Below the pieces are notes generated by a model. The model saw only the letters and a list, made by a program, of their open reading frames with translations, was not told the origin of the DNA and did not search any database. A DNA stretch of 62,897 nt, counting the filler, from Lenisia limosa (lineage: Eukaryota > Protista > Breviatea), in NCBI GenBank assembly GCA_001655205.1. It is 12 parts of 12 records of this genome, joined end to end, with 100 filler letters (N's around TTAATTAATTAA, not from the genome) between each part and the next. Parts side by side here need not be neighbours in the genome. Positions count along the whole stretch, not along the records: positions 1 to 4,531 come from LPNZ01005373.1; positions 4,632 to 23,463 come from LPNZ01008368.1; 10 more parts are not named here. One strand, given 5' to 3'. Position 1 is the stretch's first letter, and every line of letters begins with the position of its first letter. The position numbers were made by a program, and so were the translations under genes. This document shows positions 1 through 11,871 of this stretch, piece by piece.

Positions 1-56
1 TTGATTATTATATATATAATCTACTTATTATATCCTACCCAACTTTTTTTGAATAG

Positions 57-2330
57 GTGATACACAGTAGCTATTTTCCATCCCACTTCATGAGTAACCA
101 GACAACATTGATTTAATGCAACTTCAGATTCAAAAGGTTGTGCAAACCTGTCTTGAAGAAAACCCATGGCTCTCTTCTGACCCTCTGAAGGACTTTTGTA
201 TTTGTTCTGGAGATGGTGAGCTTAACTCTACATGAAGTTTCCCATATTAGTCATGTAGACTTTTACTTCTTAGGACCATTCCTTCTTGATTTCTCAACTT
301 GTGCTCCAACAAACATTCTCCAGTAAGCATATCTATGAATGGTTGTATTTCAAAGCTTAATAGTTTGAATCGTTTTTCTCCTATAAGAAAAACCAGGGGA
401 TTTTCATAAATGGTCACAATTGCGCCTTTGAAATGTTATTGAACCAAGACCAATCATCTTCAGAGTCATGAATGCAGTTCTTGGAGATTCCCACGGGGAA
501 ACACATTACTGGGCATGGCGGACTGACTTGAAGAAATTGTACCCGAATTGTCCAGTCCAGTTCATCCCTCCAATACATCCAAATGGAATCAAATTTGCTT
601 CAAGTTTTTTACAGGAGGTTTGTTCTTTATTTTTCTTTCTGAGTATTCTTATACTGCTCATTGATTTAAATAGGATGAACGGGTGCATCCTATTCTCCCA
701 CAGATTACAGCACAAGGAATAAAAGTAGGCTCGTACAGGTATCATCCATCATGAAAATGGCTTCTCACCCTTCTCCCTTTTCAGTTTTTGAGCGAGATAG
801 ATGACTTCTTTGCAATCTCAGTAAGCTGATGTGATATTATATTCCGTTGGCAAAAGTGGTGAGATGATACTGAGGCAAAGCACAGTCAAATATTTTTTTC
901 TCATTTCTTCAAAATAAACAATTTAGAATCAACCAGTTGAGATGATAGGACTAGCGTTCAGTGTCTTGTGGAATGGTGAGATGGAAATCATTTCAATATT
1001 TTTTTCTTCTCTAGCTGTTGCCGTTGATATGCCATGATTGGAAGCTTGTGTTACTGACTCCTTTAGCCACCTCCTTTTCGCTTCTTCTCTTCCGATGTGG
1101 AGAGCTCANNNNNNNNNNNNNNNNNNNNNNNNNNNNNNNNNNNNNNNNNNNNNNNNNNNNNNNNNNNNNNNNNNNNNNNNNNNNNNNNNNNNNNNNNNNN
1201 NNNNNNNNNNNNNNNNNNNNNNNNNNCTTGGGAGAGGTATTCTCATGACATCCCTTCCTTTTAATGTTTCCAGGTTGACCTCATTGTATCGCTTCGAAAC
1301 TCCGCCTCTCTTTTATTGAGTTTGTTTTCCATTATTGTTTTATTGTTAGACATGCAGTTGTCACATCCTGTTCTCCATTCTCTTTATGAAGATTCCAATA
1401 AATATGCCTCCCAATTGGTGAGGTTTCAACTGCCAGCGCTTGAAGTTTCTCTGGAAGGACTTCATATTGGTAGGAATTGAAATCACCATACTGCTTCCGA
1501 GTCTTTGTGAAAACATGTCAAATCAAATGAATAATATTGGTGAAATACTTTGAGTTATATTTTCTATTTGACAAGTTCTTTGTTCTGAACTTTAAAGCGG
1601 AAAATGAATTGCGTTGACAGATATCCAGGCCCACCTATACCAGCAGCTGGGAGCATTACAGACACAAGCCGACTTGTGGTGACCAACACTGCACTTGGAA
1701 ATTATGAGAGTTTGTCTTCAGTGTATGAGTACCAGTCTTACTGTCTAGATTATCAGCAACCACAAAGCACTCCAATGTTCAACTATAATGATATCGCAAG
1801 TCTCATTGATGTTTTTCTCTTGTTTGAGGGACTGGTATAAAAAAAGTGTTTATTTATACATTCCGTATGCTATTGGCAAAAGAGCTTGGTATTTGGTACA
1901 ATTTTCACACTTCACACTTTAGGCACCAGGCATCCAAGACCGAAATGTACCTGTCTGATAAGCAGCGAAGTCTCTTATCCATGATACCCCATGACTACTT
2001 CCAGTCCATGGTGGTTTCCAAGAATAGAATGAAGGTATTATGAGGGTGTCCTTGTTGACATTTGTAATATTGAGGTGGAATTAAACCATCCTGTCTCACA
2101 AATAGATGTATGGTCAGTGTTTTTGAACGAATTACCCGAAGCCTATTCAAACTTGCGGAATATTTCCAAATCAATCATAATCATGTAGTCTGTTGCAAAT
2201 GTCGAGTATGAGCCACTTCTCACACCAACGGAGCTGCTCCATAATGATATATACCCTCAAGATGTGGACCAGGTTCCTTTCATGCAGGACTATAGTCCAA
2301 ATGAGCAGTTGAGTCCATTTCTATTTGAAC
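57..2330 (+). pseudogene. Degenerate intron-containing gene remnant, product unknown
   Basis: Exon-like blocks with GT/AG boundaries (e.g. DNIDLMQLQIQKVVQTCLEENPW; MNAVLGDSHGETHYWAWRTDLKKLYP; YEGVLVDICNIEVELNHP) interrupted by in-frame TAG 68, TAA 95, TGA 429 and TAG 2186; no family recognised. Confidence 0.3.
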
Positions 2331-2716
2331 ATGTATGCTTTGTATCTTATTGTGTCATGCTATTTTCTTTCATTGATACTTATTCCCTAGTCACCCTTCT
2401 TTGATGAATCTCCTGTAAGTGATGACCCATTTTTGGTGGGTATGGCTTCGTGATTTGGAAACTAAGCCTTAGCGCGTTTTTGTTGTAATTGTAAAAATTT
2501 GTTTTCAGCGCCAAATATTACACTTAAGTAATTGGTCTAGGATCCACTGAGTCCCCCAATTGACTTTCCGTTCTAAGCAAAAAATATGGAATATGGAATG
2601 TAGTTGCTAATCTTAATGGTAGTCTTTCTAGTTTTATGTTTAGGTTCGTTCTTTTAAATTGTTTCAATGTACTTCTTGAATTATAACAGAAAGTTAGTAA
2701 GGCCCTAATATACAAA

Positions 2717-3871
2717 TTACTCTCCGTGAATGGTAGCCACAAATCTGCGAGCCCCTAAATAATTAAGGAGGCTGCTGATTGCAACAGAATAATCAGAAAA
2801 TTCTTATATATAAAAAAAAAAGTAAATGTTACTCATCAATATGATATGATATATCTCACACGTAATTATACAGGTTGTCTGTATTATATCATAATACATA
2901 CCTATTCCATAATCGTTCAGAGTAAACATACCGCCATGGTCCCTTGCCTCAACAAGGTAGATACCCTGCCAAGACCCAAGGTTGAGCTTGCCATTGGTGA
3001 TGGGGATTGTGAGAGAGACCCCCATCAGTGAGGACTTGACATCTGCATCCGTCAAATAGATCTTTCATGCAATGAAAAAAGTGGCAAAGAATGTAGACGA
3101 TAAAGGATATTCTGAATTATATGGTTAACAGCACTCCATAATTATGACCTGAGTCAATGAAAGACCCATTTCGAAGCAGGAAAAATAAGGGGGGGATGGG
3201 GTGTTGCGAGGTTCAGACATGGTAATAAGCCCATTAAACACAAAGACAAACGAAAACCCAAGGCAACCCTGTCCCTTCTTACGAGCAGGCATATCGTCTG
3301 GTCCTGTGTGGTGAAATCGATTGAATTTTGTACATAAGACAATGACATTTTCCATTTATATCATGGACATATATAAAACAGCTAAACTTGATACCTTCAT
3401 CACTGTGCTCGTAGTTTAAAGTCTCAGGTGCAATGCGGTCAAGAACCATATTTAAATCTGCCCTACAAAATCAGCAGGATACTGATATGAACCATATTTT
3501 TGAAGACCTGAGAGACAACACAATAGCGGTGAAAGAAAGGAAGGCAAACCTGACATCGGCACAGCAGTTTTCATTGATAGTCAAGCCTGCAGATGTGTGC
3601 ATGATGAAGAGGTGACAGATTCCAATACTAAGAAGGTAAACTATGGACCATGAAGTTTAAGACAGTATTGCAACAGCAAATATATGATAATACATCGTGC
3701 CGCACATGACATATTATATATTGATATACTCTCAAACCCCAAACTTGATACCCTTCAGCTCTTCTTGGATAGCATTTTTAACCTCACTGGTGATGAGATG
3801 ACACCCTCTAAATGGTTAATTACTCATCAACATTTTGAAGCTTAATTTGTAGAGTAGGTTTACCTTGCCAT
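2717..3871 (-). CDS. yjbQ: YjbQ/UPF0047 family protein (spliced; start uncertain, may extend to ~4340)
   Basis: Spliced exons read [10 protein letters not shown]...[104 protein letters not shown], matching HTSA, EGPDDMPAH and LGxWQGIY motifs. Confidence 0.93.
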
Positions 3872-4531
3872 TTCCAAAGAAGAATACCTCTCACCACCCC
3901 ACACACATAAGTTGGCATCATACACAACACTATTTAAACACGTTTTCGCGCTCCAAAACAGCATTTATGAAGAGCCCTATAATCACAACACCCCCCACCC
4001 ACCCACCTTGATTTAGCTTTTAATGTAAATGTCCTTTGTCTAAACACCATTGTTGTCTCTAAACCCAATCTCAACCTCTAAATGAATCAATCTAAAATGA
4101 AAACAGGAAAAACAGTGCACCAACAGGTAAATGATCACCACGATCTTACCCTTTTCCCGAAAAAATGGGTGCTTTTTCATTCAATTGTTGGAACGTAGAT
4201 CTATTGGAGAAGAAGAAAGAGAAGTCTAACATTGGCATTGAATCGTGAAACAGCAGCCATCGTATAGAGTTTGTCCTCAAACCAGGAAATATAGACACCC
4301 ATTTTGGTATCCGCCGCGCTATCTGAAGACCATTACTCATATTAACGCTATGTAAACGGGTCTAGCGCATTCCTTCAGGATGCCTCCCCCACTTTGGGAG
4401 CAAGCCCTGAGTGTGGTAAGAACGTCCCCTCACTCTAGATGTGATGCTTCACTTCAGTCCATTGCACCTCCACAGGCTGAATCTTGGAGACAGGTTTGTT
4501 TGAAGCATCTTTGTCACGTCTTTGCCATCTT

Positions 4532-4631
4532 NNNNNNNNNNNNNNNNNNNNNNNNNNNNNNNNNNNNNNNNNNNNTTAATTAATTAANNNNNNNNNNNNN
4601 NNNNNNNNNNNNNNNNNNNNNNNNNNNNNNN
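4532..4631. other. Artificial scaffold linker (N-run, TTAATTAATTAA, N-run); recurs at ~23464, 24841, 28033, 31487, 38419, 42720, 50158, 53766, 55847, 61638
   Basis: Identical 12-mer with stops in all six frames inside ~100-nt N pads; genes are cut off at each one. Confidence 0.95.
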
Positions 4632-6521
4632 CCTCAGTCTACACCGTCACAACCGTTTTGCCTGCATTCCTTTAAAAGACAAAAATAAATGCAGCCCTAA
4701 AATTAGGATTATGGTGGTTAAATAATTAGACAAATCCATTTTGCTTTTTGATCGTGAACAGACCTTTGACTTTCTGGCACCTGCAAATGCCAGTTTACTT
4801 GCTTTGAGGCGGTCAGCAAGGTAGGTGATGGCATGCTTCTGTGTCTTGACGGACTTCAGAACCGGGTCAGTGAATGTTGGCATAATATTCTCGGTAAGCT
4901 CCTGGAAATGTCAAACAAATACGAAAAAATTAAAACAAAATTGCGATAATTTAAAAACCTCCCAACAAAAACATCAGAAAAGAAAAAAACTTTAAGGAAT
5001 GGTCCGTAAATTTCTCACCTTAGTTCCTCCAATCATTTCGACAATCTCTTTATCGTGAACCATACCCATAGCCTAGACAATTAGCCCAAGTCAAAAGTAA
5101 CCACAGCATTGTTTGAATGAATATATTCCCAAAAATAATGACAAGCCAACCAACCTTCAAAACAACAACAACGGGGATATCTTCACTGAGGGTGTTGGTT
5201 TTCATGTAAATTCGACCATTCTTCACCACCAAGTTGGTTCGTGACTTTCTCTCGTGTGTTGATCTGAGAGTCAGAAAAGTTACTATACTATATCTTTGAA
5301 GAGGTGATACATAATAACCAAGACTTCTGGAACAACATCGATACAATGCCTTCCCGTTTTTGCCATTAATCGCCACCTACGAAGTAACCGAACAACAGAC
5401 TTGACCCTTGGAGTCGTTTTCGATAATGATACGGTTGTGAGAAAGTTGCTCTTGGATGAGGATCACCTTTTCGGTTCCTCTCACAACAAAATAACCTCCT
5501 AGAAGAAATTACAAAAAATAAGTCAGTATTTCTCAACAGACTTCTCCTGTAAATACCTGTATCAATAGGACATTCTTTGTAGTTGGCCATCTCTCCATCT
5601 GAAGCTCCTGTCAAGATGCAGTGTGATGACCTGCACAAAAATAAGTATGAATGAAGTGCCCAATGGTATACCTGAGCATGATGGGCATTCGACCAATCAC
5701 CACGTCATCTTGTCTGATGATTTGGTTTCCGCTAGAAAGATTAGTCAAGCTGATATACTGAGTAGGGGGAGGGAGTGGGTTCCTGCACCCCTCTACCCCT
5801 CCCCTACACCTATGAAACCACCATTGCATATGCACATATCCCATTTCCTCAAAAAGACCCAGGTACAGTGGGCGAGGGGCAAATTCCACATTGGAACTAC
5901 GCTGTACAAGATCCCTTCCGACAGAAAAAGATAACCTAACACCCTCCCCCAGCCACTCCCAACAAACCGAGTATAAGAAACATCCACAACGATATTAGCT
6001 GAATACGACAAGTCACGAAGACGGCACTGGTGAGGGGTGATCGCACTGGTGATCATGTTTTCTTCGATACTTGGCTTGCAAACACGAATATCATGATACC
6101 TGCAAAGGTAAAAATATTCACTAATTCAAGAAGAAGTCTGGTTAATGATCAGATCAAGGCAAGGAGTGCAATTAGTGAAAGGAAGAACAGCAAGTTCCCC
6201 ACTGTAAGAAGAAGTTTGGGTCTGCGGAACTGAAGATACGGTTGTTTGCAGCGAGAATCTTCTTGAGGTCGACGTTAATGAAGTAATTGAAGCTGTCAAT
6301 GTGCTGTCTCACCAGTCCTCGGACCTTGAGGAAGGCGGGAAGGAGCTTAAGTTTCTCCTAAATATATAAATTTAGGACTCAACCAAACATTACGAGCATC
6401 AGCATACCTCATATGTGGGAATAGCGTCAGTGAGCTTGTCTTTGTTGTATAGGTCTCCGTAGGAAGAATCTTTTTTAGTACCAGCAGCCTTAGAAGGCTT
6501 GCCTGGGTTAAACTTCTTCAT
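4632..6521 (-). CDS. RPC2: RNA polymerase III second-largest subunit, 5' part (truncated by linker)
   Basis: Exons [95 protein letters not shown]; [12 protein letters not shown] and STHERKS are RPC2-type. Confidence 0.95.
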
Positions 6522-6761
6522 CTGAAGCAGACTAATGTGAGAACGACGAGTCACATAAGACCAAAAACCAATATTTCAAACGTAACTCTAAATATATCTT
6601 CACTATTAAGGCTTTGTCTTTGAAACTGCGTCCAAAAAACAACCTTTAAATATTTACAGTGTAGTTAATGTAATGTTGAAAAGCGACAAAGCAAAAAAAC
6701 AAAAAGAAAATGATTTGATGACTGTATTTAATTAACCATCATTTGTATCTTTGTATCCAAT
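6522..6761. promoter_or_regulatory. Putative bidirectional promoter between divergent RPC2 and channel ATGs
   Basis: 240 bp separate ATG 6521 (-) from ATG 6762 (+); no element identified. Confidence 0.45.
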
Positions 6762-9700
6762 ATGGGAAAGCGTAAAAAGGTTGTTCGGTACGAAGACGAC
6801 GTTTTTAACGAAGTCGGTGATCTAGACGATATCGAGCTACAAGAAAGCACCTACACCACCACTGGTCTTGATGATGATGTTGACAAGCAGGGGCTTCTTA
6901 AACTGCAGCAAAGTGGGTTTTGGGGCTTCCTCTGTACCCAACAAATTTCAATTTCAATTCAAGTGTTCTTTCTAATAAGCTCTGTCGTTAAGAATTTTAT
7001 TTGAAAAAATGTTGGTTTAAATCTTTACCATTTGTTTCAAATTTGTATTTTGAAGCATATGCCCTTTGTTTTATCACCTTTCTTTCCCTTTATCAAACAT
7101 TTATTTCGGATAACTCTGTCATTGTTAGCGCAGCTTCGGACTTATTCATCAGAGTCGCAAGAAGACTTCAGTACTCCTCAGCAAATTGCAAGTTACTCCG
7201 CTAATTGGAGCTTTGGGAGAGTAAAAAGTGAGATGCCACTCTAACGAGTTGATCGAGTTTGCCTAAGTGACTTGTATTTTTTTGAAATTGTTCTCATATG
7301 TAGAGCTTCGCCAACATGGAGGTGATTCGTGGGGCGAGAGCTGCGAGGACCTTGGACAATGTGAGCAAAAGATCCATTGTTTAATTTTTTTTCAAAAGGC
7401 TTTGATACTTTGAGATATTACCACTCATATTCACCCAACCCAGTATATGACCTGGTGTGGCAACCAAAAGAGCCTGAGGGCCCCTACCTTGATATGACTG
7501 AAAGAATGCTGCGTGCACAAGCAAGGAAAGAAGCCAGAGGTAAGAAATACTCTGTAAACATTTCTCATATTTTTTTCCTTCGGTTTGGCCCTCTAACTCC
7601 AAAGCCCAAATGTTGGTATCTTGTAGAAAGCCGCTGGACACTCACATCATACATTCGGCCCTCGTCGAAACAAACGTTAGTGTGGAGCACGAAAACCTTG
7701 TACATTTACTTTCTTGGCTATCTCATTTTAACCCTGGCAGAGTACTGGAAGGGATGTCGACGCATTAATCATTGCTGACTCAAGAGAAAATGAGTCATCG
7801 CGCTTGGCATACAACAAAACCAAACAGGTTGCAGTGATACAACATAGCTTGTTGTCAGAGTATATTTCTTGAACTGCTTTTGAGAGTTGAGTCTATTTCT
7901 CTTACTATTATGGTTTTTATTTCATTTCCCTTCAGAAATCTGAGAGAATCCGCGTTTCTGCCAACTATGTAAAAGATGCTTTCACGCGACGATACGCTTC
8001 TGACCGCTCTTGGAGTCTCAAATACTGCGGCATGAGGGGGGTTGTTTTCTGCTTTTTGCCCTTTCCCAGCTCATGTTTTAGGATGTTTGCAGCGAAATCG
8101 ATTTTTTGTTGGACTGGTCTACATATTCATGTTCATCCACTGCTGCCTTGTGGGTGGAGGGTCTTCTCGTTTTATACATTTCTTGTATTAAGCAAGCCGT
8201 TAAACAATGGCTTGTTTTCTTCAGTTTTACGAAGTGACATCATAGACCTTTTTTGAGCCACCGAGTGTCCATGAAGCGGAATCCTGGGTTACTATGGTAG
8301 AAACTGCCTGTATGGCCTTCTACATTCTCGATATATTCAGGGCCATTCTCTTCCTTGGTTTGTTTTTGTTTCAACATTTTTGAATTGATGCATGGCTCTA
8401 TGCTTATACCCCAGGTCCAGGGCAATTTGTGAAAGCTTACACAAAGCTCTACTACCTCCTCATTGTCATTGTGGGTGGATGTTTCTACTATTAAGCGTTA
8501 TAATGTTTTCCTGTTATTTTTTGAACTTGATTCTGGTATTCGTTATTGCTTTTTTTAAAAAAAAATAGTTTTTATTACAGTTTCAGATTGTTCATCTTGA
8601 GATTAATATCTCTAAAATTTTCGAGTTGCCAAATTTACTCTCCCCGCAGGTATTGACCTATGATCTTGGCGTCAATGGTCTGGGCTTGGTTGAGTCTCGG
8701 CCACTTCGAATGTTTCGGCCTTGTCTACTCCTTGTGAGATCCTCAGCACTAAGGTGAGGTTGCCCTTTAAAAGCTGGTAACTCTATTGAATAACTATTCA
8801 GACGATCTGTTGTCAACTTCATAGCGGTGACCTACGCTTGTATTCCCAACCTCCTCATTCTCCTTACTACCACAATGATTTACGGCGCCATAGGCATCCA
8901 GGTATGACGTGAACAGTTCCTGGTAATCATTTCACTTTTCAGCTCTTTGGAGGACAGTACCAATCAGGATCATTTGATAACACGTCTTCGTCCTTACTCT
9001 CATTGCTGGTACTTTTAGCTGGTGGCAACTACCCAAACATTGCGTGGGCTCCTGTAAAAATAATTTATTTTTTTTCATTTTCCCCTCTTCAGTATCATGT
9101 AAAAGAAGAAATTTGTCAGGATTTGACCCCTTGACACCCCAGACTTTCAGCTTGGAATGAGGATCCCCTCTTCATCATCTTCTTCCTGTCCTACATTGTG
9201 ATTGCTGCGTATCTTCTTATAGCCAACATCCTTGCGGTTTGCTCCATTGATAGTAGTCTCTCAAGTTGTGTCTTAGTTTCTTAAGATACTGTGCCTACCC
9301 CTTTGATATGGTGCATGTTACATTATACACTGTTTCATTACAATTTAGGTTGCAATGGACACAGTGTCTCAAATTGAAAAGGTTAGTGGAAGCGTGCAGT
9401 TCTCAAAACCTCTATCTTTTGATGAGATTCTTCTTTTCCTATTTCGATGTTTTGACTTCATTTATTGTCACTATAATGCCACTTTAGCGCCGTGTTGTGA
9501 AGCGTTTTGTTCGCGAACGCCAGGCTCTCTGGAGTGCCTTTGCAGTGCTTGATAGACAGGATACTGGGTATATCAGCGTTGATAGAGTGGGGGGGGGGGG
9601 GNNNNNNNNNNNNNNNNNNNNNNNNNNNNNNNNNNNNNNNNNNNNNNNNNNNNNNNNNNNNNNNNNNNNNNNNNNNNNNNNNNNNNNNNNNNNNNNNNNN

Positions 9701-11735
9701 NNNNNNNTGATAAGGTTTACAGACAAATGATCGCCAATGACAAGTGAGTGGGCACAAGCAATCCTCTTATATCGCATTTCCCTCTATTATGACAATATAG
9801 CGGAATTGAGCGAAGCCTCATGCGCGCTGTAAGGTCCAAGACCCAACTATCGGCTGCTGAATTCTTTGACCTTGTCGATGGACTTCTTTTGAGAGTCCGG
9901 CCTTCCGCCCTCGAGGTAATGTGGGGTAATGATGCACAGCGTATTGTTAACGCTACAACTTGATTCTGCTTGGAGTTCTATTCACCACACAGGAATCGTC
10001 AACATCCTTCAACAATGTCGTATCACAAGGCTCTGAGGCTCTCAGATCGTTTATGACTTCCAAGTAAGTGTGTTTTGGCAGTTATTTCTTCTCCTATGAT
10101 ATACTACTAGTAATACATGGTATATTATGTCACATATGATCCTGATACGATTGACTAAAGATTACACTCTATATATAATGATATATTCTTATTGTTACTT
10201 TGCACTTACCCCCTAGGTTTGTTGCCCTGGTGTGGGGAATTATTCTTATCGCGGACTTTGTTGTTCTTCTCTCCTTTGACGATAATGTTTGAGAGTCAAG
10301 TTACTCAACTGAACCAGTGACTCTTTCTTGGATATCCTTATAACTTCTTTAGTACACAGAAGAGGACTTCAAGAAGCAATACACTATCAACGCTGCCTTG
10401 GTCGCTGCCTCTGTCTTCATTGTCATTCTAAATGTATGCTCTAGTGTAGATGGTTCGTTGTTACTTTTTAGTTGATTGCGTTTGGTCTTCAAGAGTATTT
10501 CACAACAGGCTGGCATCTTTTAGAATTCTTCTCTGTTTTAACATCAGCCATCGCCCAGGTAGGTGAGGTTAGGTTTTCCCCTTTTTTCAAACAATCTTCC
10601 ATGTCATTACAATATTTATCACTTTTTTGGTCACAGCTAGAATGAAATGTAGTATTGGGTTGGCTCACATTGTTAGGCCTATCTCCTCCAAGGTATGAAC
10701 AGACCATTGGGTGCATCATCTTGGGGTGATAACAACGAAACAAGGGGTGTCTATGCCCTCACAGCTACAAGGTGTGTAGGACTTCTTTACAATGTGTCTT
10801 GCACTGGGAAGTGTTACTGTTTCTTAAAGCTGCTAACAATGACAATAATAGATTATTCCGAGTTGTTGCTGTTAACAGAAGTACACGCCGAATGGCATCG
10901 TCTCTTTTCACTGCGCTAAAGTCCGTGCTCCCGTTAGTGATGGTGAGTAGTGCCTTCTCTCTTGCTGGTCAGGCTGTTCCCTGCCTCCTCTAAATAAACC
11001 CTCCAACAGGTGATTTTAGTCTTCATCTACTCTGCTGCCCTTGGAGGCATGGAACTCTTTCATGGTGAGCGCTGAACCGATAAGAATGTTCTTCTTGAAG
11101 ACCTGTGTGCAAGCACTGACCCTTAGAACATTCCGCTCAAGCAGGCCCGGCCTGGGATGGTGGTGCCAACCTGTCCGACGCTGACGCCAAATTAGGCTCT
11201 TTTGAGACCTTTGCCAGGGCCCTTCTGAGTGTCTCTACGGTTTTGTCGCAAGGACGCTGGCATGCTGTTGGGAGGGGGTGATTACATCCGATTTGATATT
11301 GTTTGTTAACAACCTCCAGACAATGTTTGGTCAAATGGAAGCCTCCGATAACGGTTTCATTGCGTTCTACTGGGTTGGTCTCTACACAATTCTTGGTAGG
11401 CTGAGACTTCCCATTTTTTTACTCATTTTTGGGAAGAGTTTTGAAAGACTCCTTTAATAATTCGCTTACAGCTCTACTATTCGCCAATGTTGTTGTTGCC
11501 GCACTTCTACGAGCTTTCAGTCTCTTAAGAGACCTCAGAAGGGCCGAGTCTGACGTTTTCATGAACACCCTTACAAGAAAGGTGGGTGGGTTGCTGCTTC
11601 CGACTGTGGCTTGGCTTTGGTGTTTTTTCTGATACCCCCGTTTACAGTTCCTCATCTTCTCTCTAGAAAACAGGGGGACTCTTCAGCGATGACACTGATG
11701 ACCTTGCACATGACGTTGATGCGCTCCGAGATATG
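6762..11735 (+). CDS. TPC: Two-pore channel (2x6TM, EF-hand linker); N-terminal module of a probable fusion gene ending at 15811
   Basis: ~29 exons: SANYVKDAFTRR, TFFEPP, IS4 SRPLRMFRP, pore I LLVLLAGGNYPNI, EF-hand-like AFAVLDRQDTGYIS, IIS4 ATRLFRVV, pore II SFETFARALLSVSTVLSQGRW, IIS6 LLFANVVVAALLRAF. Confidence 0.85.
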
Positions 11736-11871
11736 GTGGGGGTCTTGAGGGGAAACAGATACCCTGCTATCACCTTTTCGAACCAAACATATCATCATAT
11801 ATGATGGTGTTTTATCATTTGAGCTTTTTTCTTGTTGTTAAAACTGGTGTTTTGTGAGTTTCACGTTTCAG

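Noticed and set aside
57-2330. Stop-codon reassignment suggested by in-frame TAA/TAG/TGA
   Set aside because: RPC2, myosin I, HELQ and TPC exons have no in-frame stops; YjbQ ends in TAA and the GEF module in TAG; pseudogene decay is simpler
4576-4587. Recurrent TTAATTAATTAA motif
   Set aside because: Assembly linker in N pads; not biological, and no synteny can be read across it
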